Assembly: GCA_021650915.1 (NCBI GenBank)
Contig: CP091279.1
Span: 1,290,001-1,322,000, forward strand
Direction: 5' to 3'
Source: Candidatus Brocadia sp.
Lineage (GTDB): Bacteria; Planctomycetota; Brocadiia; Brocadiales; Brocadiaceae
Length of the DNA: 32,000 bases
This document shows, one piece after another, positions 19,676-29,113 of this stretch. Both the position numbers and the translations under genes were made by a program. A model generated the notes under the pieces. The model worked only from the letters and a program-made list of their open reading frames with translations. It had not been told where the DNA came from and did no database searches. Numbering within the stretch: position 1 is the first letter of the stretch; every line of letters starts with the position of its first letter.

Positions 19676-21524
19676 GTGTTTGAACGGAAACCCCCCAGAG
19701 CCCTGTAAAGTAAGGAGAAGCTGGTGAAAAATGTTCATGAAAGTCATTGAATTTTTTCGGGTAAAAGGGTAAAATATGGCGAAAATGAAGGGATTCTGGG
19801 TATAAAGAGTCCAAATATTCGGTTCATTAACCCACTAGCCAAAGGACATTCGATAGAAGATGAGAAAGAGATTTGAGCAGCAATTGAAGCTTGGCATCAT
19901 ACCCATTTCAGGGGTAAAACTGCCAATAAAGAGTCGAGATGAGCTACCACCGATACTGAGGGCGTTGCAACATATCTATGTTACACCGGAGTTGAACGAG
20001 GAGGTATTCCGGATATTAGAGGCGAAGGTAACGAAGGGGAAGAAAAAGACGGGAAGATATGGGATGGATTTATGGCATATTTTGGTGTTGTCGGTGGTAA
20101 GATTAGGGTTAGATGCCGATTATGACAGGTTGGAGGATTTTGCCAACCATCACAAACTTATCAGGCAGATAATGGGGGTTGAGACGGCATTTGGAGAGGC
20201 GAAGGTTTTTTCGATGCAGAGCATCAAGGACAATATAAGATTGTTGGATGAGGAGACCCTCAGGCAGATAAATGAAGTGGTGATATCATCGGGGCATCAG
20301 TTGGTTAAAAAAAAGGACGAAGGACTGTGTATTAAGGTGGATACGTATGTGTTAGAGACGAATGTACACTTTCCGACCGATATGAATTTATTGTGGGATG
20401 CGGGACGCAAGAGTCTGGACATGATAGAGGATGCAATAGAGGAAGGCATCCTGGCGGGGAAAGGATGGCGCAAGAGCAAATATTGGAGGAGAGAGTTAAA
20501 AAAGCTGATGAGGATAAGCGCAAAGGCGTCAAGCAGCGGGGGGAAAAACAAGGAAGAGCATGTGAGGAGTTACTTGGAATTATCGAGGGGTTTGAGTGAA
20601 AAGATAGGAGCGAGTCTGTTAGCCATCTACGAAAAGGTGCTAACGACGAACCAGGTAGACAAGCATGCAGGGAAAATAGGGACACTGGAGTATTTTCACG
20701 GGATGTTGAATAAACAGATAGACCTGGTGGAGAGAAGGGTGATCCGGGATGAGGTAATACCGGCGGCAGAAAAGGTTCATTCGTTGTTTGAGCCGCATAC
20801 GGAGTGGCTGTACAAAGGCAAGTCAAACAAAAGGGTAGAGTTGGGACATAATATTCTGGTAGCAAGCGATCAGTGGGGTTTCATCGTGGACCATGTGGTA
20901 GGAGAAAAACAGGCGGATGTATCGTTGGTAATTCCATTGGCAGATAGGTTGTTGAGCCGTTACGGAGAAGGCACAATAAAGAGTATAAGTTTTGATAAAG
21001 GTTTTTACAAGAAAGAGAATAAAGAGTTGCTGAGTTTGTATATACCAGAGGTAATCCTTCCCAAGAAGGGCAAGAAGAATAAGGCGGAACAGGAAGAGGA
21101 ATCGGGTAAGACATTTAAGAAGCTAAGGCACAAGCACTCGGCGGTAGAATCGGATATCAATCGTTTGGAGCATCACGGCTTGGATAGGTGTCCGGACAAA
21201 GGGCTGCATGCCTTTAAAAGATATTGTGCAATGGGCGTGTTAGCTGCGAATTTGCACAAGCTGGGAAACGTGCTGCAGGAGAAGGCACGGAAGCAGTGCG
21301 AAAAGTTGCGAAAAGCCGCCTAAGCAAGCAAAAAACACGAAGAAAAACAGTCTGCCGGGAGGCAGGTACGCCCAGACAAGGCTAAAATAAAGGGGAAAAC
21401 AAGGGAAATATGTAAAAGAACAGTATTTTTGCCAAAAACCCTAATCTCAAATCTTAAAATTATCTATTGGTAAATAGAAAATCGACCTCGCACTTTTACA
21501 AAAAGTGCGTTTTCGTTCAGACAC
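19676..21524 (+). mobile_element. second insertion sequence (IS-B), 1849 bp
   Basis: Imperfect terminal inverted repeats: GTGTTTGAACGGAAAC at 19676 and the reverse complement of 21509-21524, GTGTCTGAACGAAAAC. A direct repeat TAGGTA (extendable to TAGGTAGT) flanks the element at 19670-19675 and 21525-21530. Excision restores GGA ACT ACC TAT CAT CAT (GTTYHH). Confidence 0.8.
19860..21323 (+). CDS. DDE transposase of IS-B (IS5/IS1182/ISNCY-like; family assignment tentative)
   Basis: Intact ORF of 487 aa. The N-terminal segment RDELPPILRALQHIY and the segment VDTYVLETNVHFPTDMNLLWD are typical of IS4/IS5-superfamily DDE enzymes. Confidence 0.75.
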   Translation: MRKRFEQQLKLGIIPISGVKLPIKSRDELPPILRALQHIYVTPELNEEVFRILEAKVTKGKKKTGRYGMDLWHILVLSVVRLGLDADYDRLEDFANHHKLIRQIMGVETAFGEAKVFSMQSIKDNIRLLDEETLRQINEVVISSGHQLVKKKDEGLCIKVDTYVLETNVHFPTDMNLLWDAGRKSLDMIEDAIEEGILAGKGWRKSKYWRRELKKLMRISAKASSSGGKNKEEHVRSYLELSRGLSEKIGASLLAIYEKVLTTNQVDKHAGKIGTLEYFHGMLNKQIDLVERRVIRDEVIPAAEKVHSLFEPHTEWLYKGKSNKRVELGHNILVASDQWGFIVDHVVGEKQADVSLVIPLADRLLSRYGEGTIKSISFDKGFYKKENKELLSLYIPEVILPKKGKKNKAEQEEESGKTFKKLRHKHSAVESDINRLEHHGLDRCPDKGLHAFKRYCAMGVLAANLHKLGNVLQEKARKQCEKLRKAA

Positions 21525-23285
21525 TAGGTAGTTCCCACAACCGTTTGCACAGCGGTCGCGCTGGTATAGTTGATCGTGTTTGAGTCAACACTGGCGTCAA
21601 GTGAAACGATGGTTGAAGTACCGCCAATATTTAAGGTGGCTCCGCTACCCTGGGTAAGTCCACCCGTGCCGCCTAAGGCAGTGTTTACCGTTAGTGTCGT
21701 GTTGTTGGTAAGGGTAACACCCGTAACGGTTACACTGGGGATGGAAATTGCCGTTGTTCCGCCAAGAGCCTGGTTGTTTGTATCAAAGGTATACACCCCA
21801 GTTCCGGCAGTAAAGGTCGTGCCATTATGGGTAATTCCGCCCTGAAAAGTCACCGCTGAATTTGCAGAATTATTCCACGTCCCGCCTGCATTGACGGTTA
21901 CCAGACCGACAAACGATTTCGTCCAGGTTGCATTCGTAATGCCAAGGGTACCGGTGATGTTCGTGGTGCCGTTTACGATACAGGCATTACTGCCCGTGTT
22001 GAGCGTCCCGGTAGTAATGGTAAGATCACCATTTATTATGATGTTTCCGCCCAGTGTCGCGGTCCGTGCGGATTTATTAATCGCGAGATGATGATAGGTA
22101 GTTCCCACAACGGTCTGGTTAGCAGCCGTGCTGGTATAGTTAACCGTGTTGGGATTTACACTGGCGGTTAGCGTAGTAATAGCTGAAGTGCCACCAATAT
22201 TTAAGGTGGCGCCACTGCCCTGGGTAAGCCCGCCCGAGCCGCTTAAGGCGGTGTTTACCGTTAGTGTCGTGTTGTTGGTAAGGGTAACACCCGTAACGGT
22301 TACGCTGGGGATGGAAATTGCCGTCGTACCTCCAATCGCCCGACTGTTCGTATCAAAAGTATGCACCCCCGTTCCGGCAGTAAAGGTCGTACCGTTATGG
22401 GTAATTCCACCCCGGAAGGATACGGCTTCGTTGGCCGTGTTATTCCACACTCCACCGGGATTAATGGTAACCAGTCCAGTAAATATTTTTGTCCCCGTAG
22501 TTGAAGAGATTGTTACCACGCCTGTTATGCTTGTTGCTCCGGAGACCGTCGTTGTAACTGCCCCAAAAGTGAGTGTGCCGGTGGTTACCGTCAACGTTCC
22601 GCCAATGGTTGTCGTGCCAAGAAAAGAGACGCCTCCCGATGTATTATTAATGGCAATATTATAATACGTGGTATAGGCCCCTATGGATTGCGCTACACTG
22701 CCATTAAAATTGATCGTACCGGTTGCTGAAGTGTTTAAATTTCCGCCGCTTCCAAAATTGCCACCGACATTTACCGTGCTTGCGCCGGTTGAGATAAATC
22801 TTGCCTGAGCTGCAGTGCCACTGAACGTTATAGAACCTGTAATGGTAATTGTCCCGGTGCTGACGCTGACCGTGGCAAAACGGCTGGCAGTAGCGCTGCC
22901 GGGAATGGTGATGCTCGCTGCGTTGAGAACGCCGGCGCCGACGGTCAGATTCGTTGTTGCTGCTGTTGGAGCAGTTAGGGTGATAGCGCCGCTGATGTTC
23001 AAGGTGATTCCGGAGTTAATCGTAACGCCATTCCCACCGACAGCGCTGTTGGCGGCAACTGTTAAGGTTGCCGCAGCAGCATCGGCCGTTACCGTAACGA
23101 TGTGACCATCAGCAACGGTGACGTCGTCGCCGGCAACGGGGGCAACCCCACCAACCCAGGTCGTCGTGGCATTCCAGTTACCCGTGAGTGCGGACGTTAT
23201 ATTTGCCGCAAGTACCGCCGGCTCCCGAACAAGAAAGACCGCAAAGGCAAAGAGGCATACAATCGCAATCTTTTTGATATGACAT
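21525..23285 (-). pseudogene. giant repetitive surface protein, N-terminal fragment with a signal peptide
   Basis: The frame is open from 23284 down to a TAG created at the IS-B junction. It encodes [16 protein letters not shown]...VLAAN (signal peptide) and then T/G/N-rich beta-helix-like repeats. The only ATG (23285) is out of frame by +1 relative to the long frame. Confidence 0.7.
21527..22666 (-). repeat. two tandem 570-bp (190-aa) coding repeats
   Basis: GGTAGTTCCCACAAC starts both units, at 21527 and 22097, and long stretches are near-identical. IS-B inserted at the homologous repeat boundary. Confidence 0.85.
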
Positions 23286-23354
23286 TACCTCTAATAAACA
23301 ATCCATTAAAATGCAGTTTAATTAGGCCTTCGGCTACTTTGTTTGCGATCACCC

Positions 23355-23429
23355 GTAGGGGCGAAGCATTTGCTGTTCAGGATATAAGATGACATTCAAA
23401 TCTGATATCAGCAAATGCTTCGCCCCTAC
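23355..23429. repeat. REP-like long palindrome
   Basis: GTAGGGGCGAAGCATTTGCTG at 23355-23375 and its perfect reverse complement at 23409-23429, separated by a 33-nt loop. Confidence 0.8.
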
Positions 23430-23459
23430 AACAAATATTGAAATTCCTATACATTCAAT

Positions 23460-23486
23460 GTAGAGCGACGAGGCTCGTCGCTCTAC
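23460..23486. repeat. REP-like palindrome
   Basis: GTAGAGCGACGAG-g-CTCGTCGCTCTAC. Flanked by the direct repeat GAAATTCC(T/C)ATACATT at 23440 and 23499. Confidence 0.75.
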
Positions 23487-24159
23487 AACCGTAACTCTGA
23501 AATTCCCATACATTAGTTAGGTTGTCTCTGACAGCGACCTTTTCGATACACGTAAAATGCTGACGAATACCTCTCCCCCTTATCTCATGTTATGAGAACC
23601 ACCCGAGTCACTTGCGAGTGAGAAGAGGGAGTGGCGCATCCGTTCCGGGCTTCATCGTGCATCTTCGGCATGCACTCAGTTCAACACCCATCACGCACGA
23701 TACTGCATCCTGAGCCGTTCAATAAACTCAGGACATGTCCTTAAAGGGTCAAACGCACGTGCAGTCAATCGAAAAGGTTGCGGTACCAGGCAGGCTAAAG
23801 AGTGACCCCTCTTTGTATGCTTAAGCGAGGCATCATGAGGTGAACAAATTTACCCTCATGAGAAATATTCAGTAAAAGTATATAAACTGCACAAAGGCTC
23901 ATTGCCTAAAAAATAGCCATCTTTGTCTTTTGCTGATGCATTTCTCGTCACATGGGCGGTAAATCAAGTCCTTTGCTATTAAATTCAAATTGCATACCAG
24001 TGCAGAGATCATAAGGCAAGCTGTTCATACCGTTATCGGCGCCAACACCATAGCTGACATCGAAAAGAGACGAAAAGGGGACATTAACATCGTGGACAGA
24101 TTCATCTCCGACAAACATGACATTTCAAGGAAACCGGCGCATATGCGGTCAGACACTGC

Positions 24160-24345
24160 TTATTTCTTCGCTTGTTTCTTCAGCATATCTCCTGGCAAGG
24201 CGCTTCCAATCATCCCATCACCCAGGGATAAATACTCCATCTGGCCTTCATCATCTTGAAAAATATTTTGACGATACTCTCCTCTTTGGGTAATATGGTG
24301 TGCATCGGTTAGAACAACTACCCTTGCGGTAAGTAGTAAGCTCAA
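24160..24345 (-). pseudogene. fragment of a Y1 (RayT/IS200-like, COG1943-type) transposase
   Basis: HHITQRGEYRQNIFQDDEGQMEYLSL resembles the conserved N-terminal block HH(V/I)TQRGNRRQ.(I/V)F..D.DY..YL.LL. The frame stops after 61 aa. Only weak traces (AY, HV) of the expected following block appear in another frame down to about 24000. Confidence 0.35.
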
Positions 24346-24388
24346 ACATGTGTCCCTCTTCGTCCTAACAGTAAATTCCCCGGTAAAA

Positions 24389-25771
24389 ATGATTCACAGA
24401 ACTTATCAAGAACAATTACAAACCTGGGATAAACAGTATCTCTGGCATCCGTTCACCCAGATGCAGGATTACGTCAAGGAAACACCGCTGATTATCGAGG
24501 AAGGAACCGGACTTTTTCTTAAGGACGTCGATGGAAAAGAATATATCGATGGGATATCCTCCATGTGGTGCAATATTCACGGCCATCGCAAGAAAGAGAT
24601 CGATGATGCGATAAAACGGCAGATTGACAGGATCGCGCACACCACACTCCTGGGTCCGTCAAATATACCAGCCATCGAGCTGGCGAAAAGACTCGTAGAA
24701 ATCGCACCGCAGGGCTTGACGAAGGCCTTTTATTCAGATAACGGGTCTACCGCAAATGAAGTAGCGCTCAAAATGGCCTTTCAATACTGGCAGCACAAGG
24801 GACTGAAAAACAAGACACAATTCGTAGCATTACAGTACGGATATCACGGCGATACCATCGGAACCATGAGTGTTGGCGGCATCGATATCTATCACAAGGT
24901 CTTTCAACCTCTTTATTTCAAGACCCACTTTGCGCCGGCGCCCTATTGCTACCGCTGTCCCGTGGGAAAGCAACCCGGAGATTGCACCCTGGCATGCCTT
25001 GAGGAATTAGAAAATATCCTGAGAGGCAATTCCGACCGCATTGCCGCCGTGATTATGGAACCCCTCGTTCAGGGCGCTGGTGGGATGATCACCCATCCAT
25101 CAGGGTATTTATCAGGGGCACGCGCCTTGTGCAAAAAATATAAGGCGCTCTTGATTCTCGATGAGGTGCTTACCGGCTTTGGGCGGACAGGAAAGATGTT
25201 TGCCTGTAAGCATGAAGACGTCGTCCCCGATATTATGGCAACATCAAAAGGGATTAACGGTGGTTATATGCCTCTGGCTGCCACGCTTGCAACAGAGGAA
25301 ATATACCATGCCTTTTTGGGCAAATATGCGGAGTTGAAAACCTTTTTCCACGGGCATACCTACACGGGAAATCCCTTGGGATGCGCGGCTGCGCTGGCTA
25401 GCCTCGAACTATTTGATAAGGAACAGATCCTGGAAAATTTGGAACCAAAGATTAACTATTTGCGAGCCAACCTGAAACGCTTTGAGTTATTAAAGCACGT
25501 TGGGGAAGTGAGACAATGCGGCCTTATCGCCGCCATTGAACTGGTGGAGGATAAAATCACGAAAGCGCCCTATCCCTGGGAAAAACGGGTGGGCATTCAG
25601 GTCTGCCTTGAGGCCAGGAAACAAGGCTTGCTTATACGTCCGCTTGGACATATTATTGTTATCATGCCGCCATTATGTATCGGGGGACAGGAACTGGATA
25701 GATTACTGGATATCATTTACGAATCAGTAAAAACCGTTACGCAGGCGACCACTCTGCCCCTGTTCTCATAA
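24389..25771 (+). CDS. bioA: adenosylmethionine-8-amino-7-oxononanoate aminotransferase
   Basis: YLWHPFTQM near the N-terminus. DEVLTGFGRTGKMFACKHE and the PLP-lysine context TSKG. The ATG at 24389 is preferred over the GTG at 24350. Confidence 0.9.
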   Translation: MIHRTYQEQLQTWDKQYLWHPFTQMQDYVKETPLIIEEGTGLFLKDVDGKEYIDGISSMWCNIHGHRKKEIDDAIKRQIDRIAHTTLLGPSNIPAIELAKRLVEIAPQGLTKAFYSDNGSTANEVALKMAFQYWQHKGLKNKTQFVALQYGYHGDTIGTMSVGGIDIYHKVFQPLYFKTHFAPAPYCYRCPVGKQPGDCTLACLEELENILRGNSDRIAAVIMEPLVQGAGGMITHPSGYLSGARALCKKYKALLILDEVLTGFGRTGKMFACKHEDVVPDIMATSKGINGGYMPLAATLATEEIYHAFLGKYAELKTFFHGHTYTGNPLGCAAALASLELFDKEQILENLEPKINYLRANLKRFELLKHVGEVRQCGLIAAIELVEDKITKAPYPWEKRVGIQVCLEARKQGLLIRPLGHIIVIMPPLCIGGQELDRLLDIIYESVKTVTQATTLPLFS

Positions 25772-25821
25772 GAATTGGCTAACGTTTCTGATAATTAGAG
25801 CAGCAAAAGGGATGTGTTGTT

Positions 25822-26532
25822 ATGGGAAGAGGATATTTTATAACCGGGACGGACACGGGTGTGGGAAAGACCATTGTTGCTGGTGGATTAGCAGCATTAT
25901 ACAAAGACAAGGGGCTGGACGCCGGCGTTATGAAGCCAGTCGCCACGGGTTGTAAACGGATAAACAACGCCCTTGTCTCCGAGGACGCCGTCTTCTTAAA
26001 ACGTGCGGCGGAAGTGGACGATGAATACGCACTCATCAACCCCGTCAGCCTCGAACAACCCCTCGCCCCTACGGTAGCGGCACGGCTGAGTAATACAAAA
26101 ATAGACCTGGAAAAGATCCGAATGAACTACGACTCCCTGTGTGAAAAACACGATTATCTCATTATCGAGGGTGTTGGGGGATTATTAGTCCCTATTGAAG
26201 CATACTATTTCGTTGTGGATCTGGCCAGCGAAATGGAGTTGCCAATCATTGTGGTTTGCCGGTCTAATCTTGGCACCATAAATCACACCTTACTGACCGT
26301 ATCGTACGCGCGCGAACACGGGCTCGACGTCAAAGGCATCATCATGAACGACATCAAGGAAAACGGCGATGATGTCGTCAAGAAAACAAGCGCCGATGAA
26401 ATACAAAGACTTACCGGCCTTCCCCTGCTGGGAATAATCCCCTTCGATAAAAGACTGGATGTAACTCAATTTAACAAGGAGGCATTGCTGAATATTTTTC
26501 GTGATAAAATAGACAAAGACATTATAATATGA
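25822..26532 (+). CDS. bioD: dethiobiotin synthase
   Basis: P-loop GTDTGVGKT at the N-terminus, length 236 aa, immediately downstream of bioA. Confidence 0.9.
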   Translation: MGRGYFITGTDTGVGKTIVAGGLAALYKDKGLDAGVMKPVATGCKRINNALVSEDAVFLKRAAEVDDEYALINPVSLEQPLAPTVAARLSNTKIDLEKIRMNYDSLCEKHDYLIIEGVGGLLVPIEAYYFVVDLASEMELPIIVVCRSNLGTINHTLLTVSYAREHGLDVKGIIMNDIKENGDDVVKKTSADEIQRLTGLPLLGIIPFDKRLDVTQFNKEALLNIFRDKIDKDIII

Positions 26533-26720
26533 GCTTTATTGTTTTATATTTCTTACCGGAAAGGTAATTTATGCGCTAACACGTGTGGGCGCAGTTAGGC
26601 AGGGTGGATTAAGTAAAGCAAACCCATCACTTGGCATAATTCGGGAAGAACCAGTAAAAAGGCAATTTATTTTGTTGGGTTTTTGTTGTCTAACTCAACT
26701 TACACAGGAGTAAAAAATAT

Positions 26721-28052
26721 ATGAAAACGCAGTTAGAACTCGCACGCGAGGGTATTATTACCGAGGCCATGAAAGAGGCAGCGGTCTATGATGATGTTTC
26801 CCCGGAATTTATCCGCGAAGGAATCGCAAAAGGGCAGATCGTCATCTATGGAAACCCAAACAGAAAGGCCCGTGTCGTCGGTATCGGAAAAGGACTTAAG
26901 ACAAAGGTAAATGCCAGCATTGGCACCTCGCCTGATATCGTTGATATTGACATGGAGATAAAAAAGGCACAAACTGCTGAAAAATACGGCGCCGATACCC
27001 TCATGGAGCTTTCAACGGGAGGCGATTTAACCAGGATCAGAAAACAGGTGTTAGACTCCATTTCTCTGACAGTGGGCACCGTACCGCTTTATCAGGCCGC
27101 CATCGAAACCGACAAGAAGAAAGGTTCTGTCGTACACATGGAGGCCGATTTCCTCTTTGATGTCATCGAACAACAGGCGGAAGAGGGAATTGGATTTATG
27201 GCCATCCACTGTGGGATCAATCTCATTACCTTAGAACGACTGAAAAAACAGGGATACCGTTACGGCGGTCTCGTCAGCCGCGGCGGCTCCTTTCTGACCG
27301 CGTGGATGAATCACAACAAGAAAGAGAATCCTCTCTATGAGCAGATCGACCGACTTATCGATATTATGAAGAAGCATGACGTCATCCTGAGCCTCGGAAA
27401 CGGTCTCAGGGCTGGCGCTATCCACGACAGCACCGACCGCGCTCAGATACAGGAACTCATTATCAACTCCGAAATCGCCGAATATGCCCAAAGCAAGGGA
27501 GTACAGATTATTGTGGAAGGCCCGGGGCATATCCCCATTGATGAGATCGAGGCAAACGTGCTCATCCAAAAACGCCTCAGCAACAATGCCCCCTTCTATA
27601 TGCTTGGCCCCATCACCACCGATGTTGCCCCCGGATATGACCACATTTCATCGGCCATCGGCGCTGCCTTATCCTCGTGTTACGGCGCCGATTTCATCTG
27701 CTATGTCACACCACCGGAGCATCTGGCGCTGCCTGGACCGGACGATGTGCGTGAAGGCGTCATGGCAGCCCGCATTGCTGCCCACGTGGGTGATATGGTA
27801 AAGCTAAAAGACAAGGCAAAGAATCTCGACCTGAAGATGGGCATTGCCCGGAGGGATTTGGACTGGAATACCCAGTACGAAACGGCCATCACGAAAGAAC
27901 GCGCACAGGAAATCCGCAATAGCCGCCCCCCTATGGACGAAGATACCTGCACCATGTGCGGCAGCCTGTGCTCCCTGAAGGGTGTGATGAAATACTACGA
28001 GCAAGACCTCAAGAAGAGCCGCAAAAGAAGCGCAACCACAGCGGCATTTTAA
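26721..28052 (+). CDS. thiC: phosphomethylpyrimidine synthase
   Basis: Conserved blocks VEGPGHIPIDEIEANV, APFYMLGPITTDVAPGYDHI and CYVTPPEHLALP, plus the C-terminal CTMCGSLCSLK cluster motif. RBS AGGAG at 26706-26710. Confidence 0.9.
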   Translation: MKTQLELAREGIITEAMKEAAVYDDVSPEFIREGIAKGQIVIYGNPNRKARVVGIGKGLKTKVNASIGTSPDIVDIDMEIKKAQTAEKYGADTLMELSTGGDLTRIRKQVLDSISLTVGTVPLYQAAIETDKKKGSVVHMEADFLFDVIEQQAEEGIGFMAIHCGINLITLERLKKQGYRYGGLVSRGGSFLTAWMNHNKKENPLYEQIDRLIDIMKKHDVILSLGNGLRAGAIHDSTDRAQIQELIINSEIAEYAQSKGVQIIVEGPGHIPIDEIEANVLIQKRLSNNAPFYMLGPITTDVAPGYDHISSAIGAALSSCYGADFICYVTPPEHLALPGPDDVREGVMAARIAAHVGDMVKLKDKAKNLDLKMGIARRDLDWNTQYETAITKERAQEIRNSRPPMDEDTCTMCGSLCSLKGVMKYYEQDLKKSRKRSATTAAF

Positions 28053-28078
28053 AGCAGACATTTTATTCTCATGCCATG

Positions 28079-28106
28079 TAGGGGCACGGTTTCAAACCTG
28101 CCCCTA
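28079..28106. repeat. REP-like hairpin downstream of thiC
   Basis: TAGGGGCA-cggtttcaaacc-TGCCCCTA. It shares the GTAGGGGC head with the palindrome at 23355. No T-tract follows. Confidence 0.6.
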
Positions 28107-28235
28107 TCATAAAATATATGTTTGGATATCAGAGTGGATTGACGGCATATTTCTGTTTGTTTTTGTTCGATAAGCGCTATTTCATGCAATAATATGATGG
28201 CAATTATAGAATAAATCATATGAGGGAGAGACAAT

Positions 28236-28460
28236 ATGAAAACAAAAGATCTTATAGCAGAAGCAATTTCATTACCTGTTAAAGAAATGGCGATGGTTAT
28301 TGATTCTTTATTAAAAAGTTTAAACTCACCGGAAGCGGAAATAGATAAAAAATGGGCATCAGTTGCTAAACGACGACTTGAAGAACTCCATTCCGGTAAA
28401 GTGAAAGCAGTGCCAGGTGAAGAAGTATTTAAAAGAATATTGAATAGGTTCTCAAAATGA
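28236..28460 (+). CDS. antitoxin, addiction-module component (TIGR02574-like)
   Basis: 74 aa. LIAEAISLPVKEMAMVIDSLLKSL...W...A.RRLEEL.SGKVK..PGEEVF is the typical pattern of this family. Its stop overlaps the next ATG (ATGA). Confidence 0.7.
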   Translation: MKTKDLIAEAISLPVKEMAMVIDSLLKSLNSPEAEIDKKWASVAKRRLEELHSGKVKAVPGEEVFKRILNRFSK

Positions 28461-28789
28461 ACTATTCATTTCATCCCGAAGCGGAAATAGAATTCATTGA
28501 AGCAGGTGAGTATTATGAAGAAAAGGGATCAGGATTGGGATACGACTTCGCTGTTGAGGTATATTCAGCTATTGAAAGGACGATAACTTTCCCAAAAGCT
28601 TGACCGGTTATAGAGGAAGATATCCGGCGGTCGTTAATTCGAAGATTTCCATATGGAATCTTATATTCAGAAGAGAAAGACGGGGTATACATTGTAGCAG
28701 TCATGCATTTACATAGAGAACCAAAATACTGGAAACACAGAGTCTACAAATGTGTTCGCAATTGCACGCCGTCTGCGGTCGCCGCATAA
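28457..28789 (+). pseudogene. ParE/RelE-type toxin with an in-frame TGA
   Basis: MNYSFHPEAEIEFIEAGEYYE...ITFPKA*PVIEEDIRRSLIRRFPYGILYSEEKDGVYIVAVMHLHREPKYW. The stop at 28601-28603 sits where this family usually has Trp (FP..WP). Confidence 0.7.
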
Positions 28790-28836
28790 TTACCTCATTA
28801 GAATTAAACGATACACCTTAATTCTAATGCACTATA

Positions 28837-29113
28837 ATGAGACCGGACTTTGAGTGGGATAAAGAGACGGCGAAAGCAAATCTCAAAAAGCACAGAGTCT
28901 GTTTTGAGGAGGCTACCACAGTTTTCCTCGATCCATTTTCAATGACGATTCCTGACCCTGATCACTCAGTGGAAGAACAACGGTTTATTGACATTGGTAG
29001 TTCTGATAAAGGCCGTGTGCTGGTAGTGGTTTATACTGAACGCGGTTCAAGCATGCGTATTATCAGCTGCCGTAAGGCAACGCCATCGGAGCGGACACTT
29101 TATGAAGAAGGGC
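28837..29113 (+). CDS. brnT: BrnT-like (DUF497) toxin, exon 1; exon 2 is 31110-31123
   Basis: FEWDKETAKANLKKHRVCFEEATTVFLDPFSMTIPDPDHSVEEQRFIDIGSSDKGRVLVVVYTERGSSMRIISCRKATPSERTLYEE matches the DUF497 pattern. The frame then runs into the intron. Confidence 0.8.

Noticed and set aside
23990-24259. Plus-strand ORF of 89 aa upstream of bioA.
   Set aside because: It overlaps the Y1 transposase remnant on the opposite strand and has no motif or RBS, so it is probably spurious.
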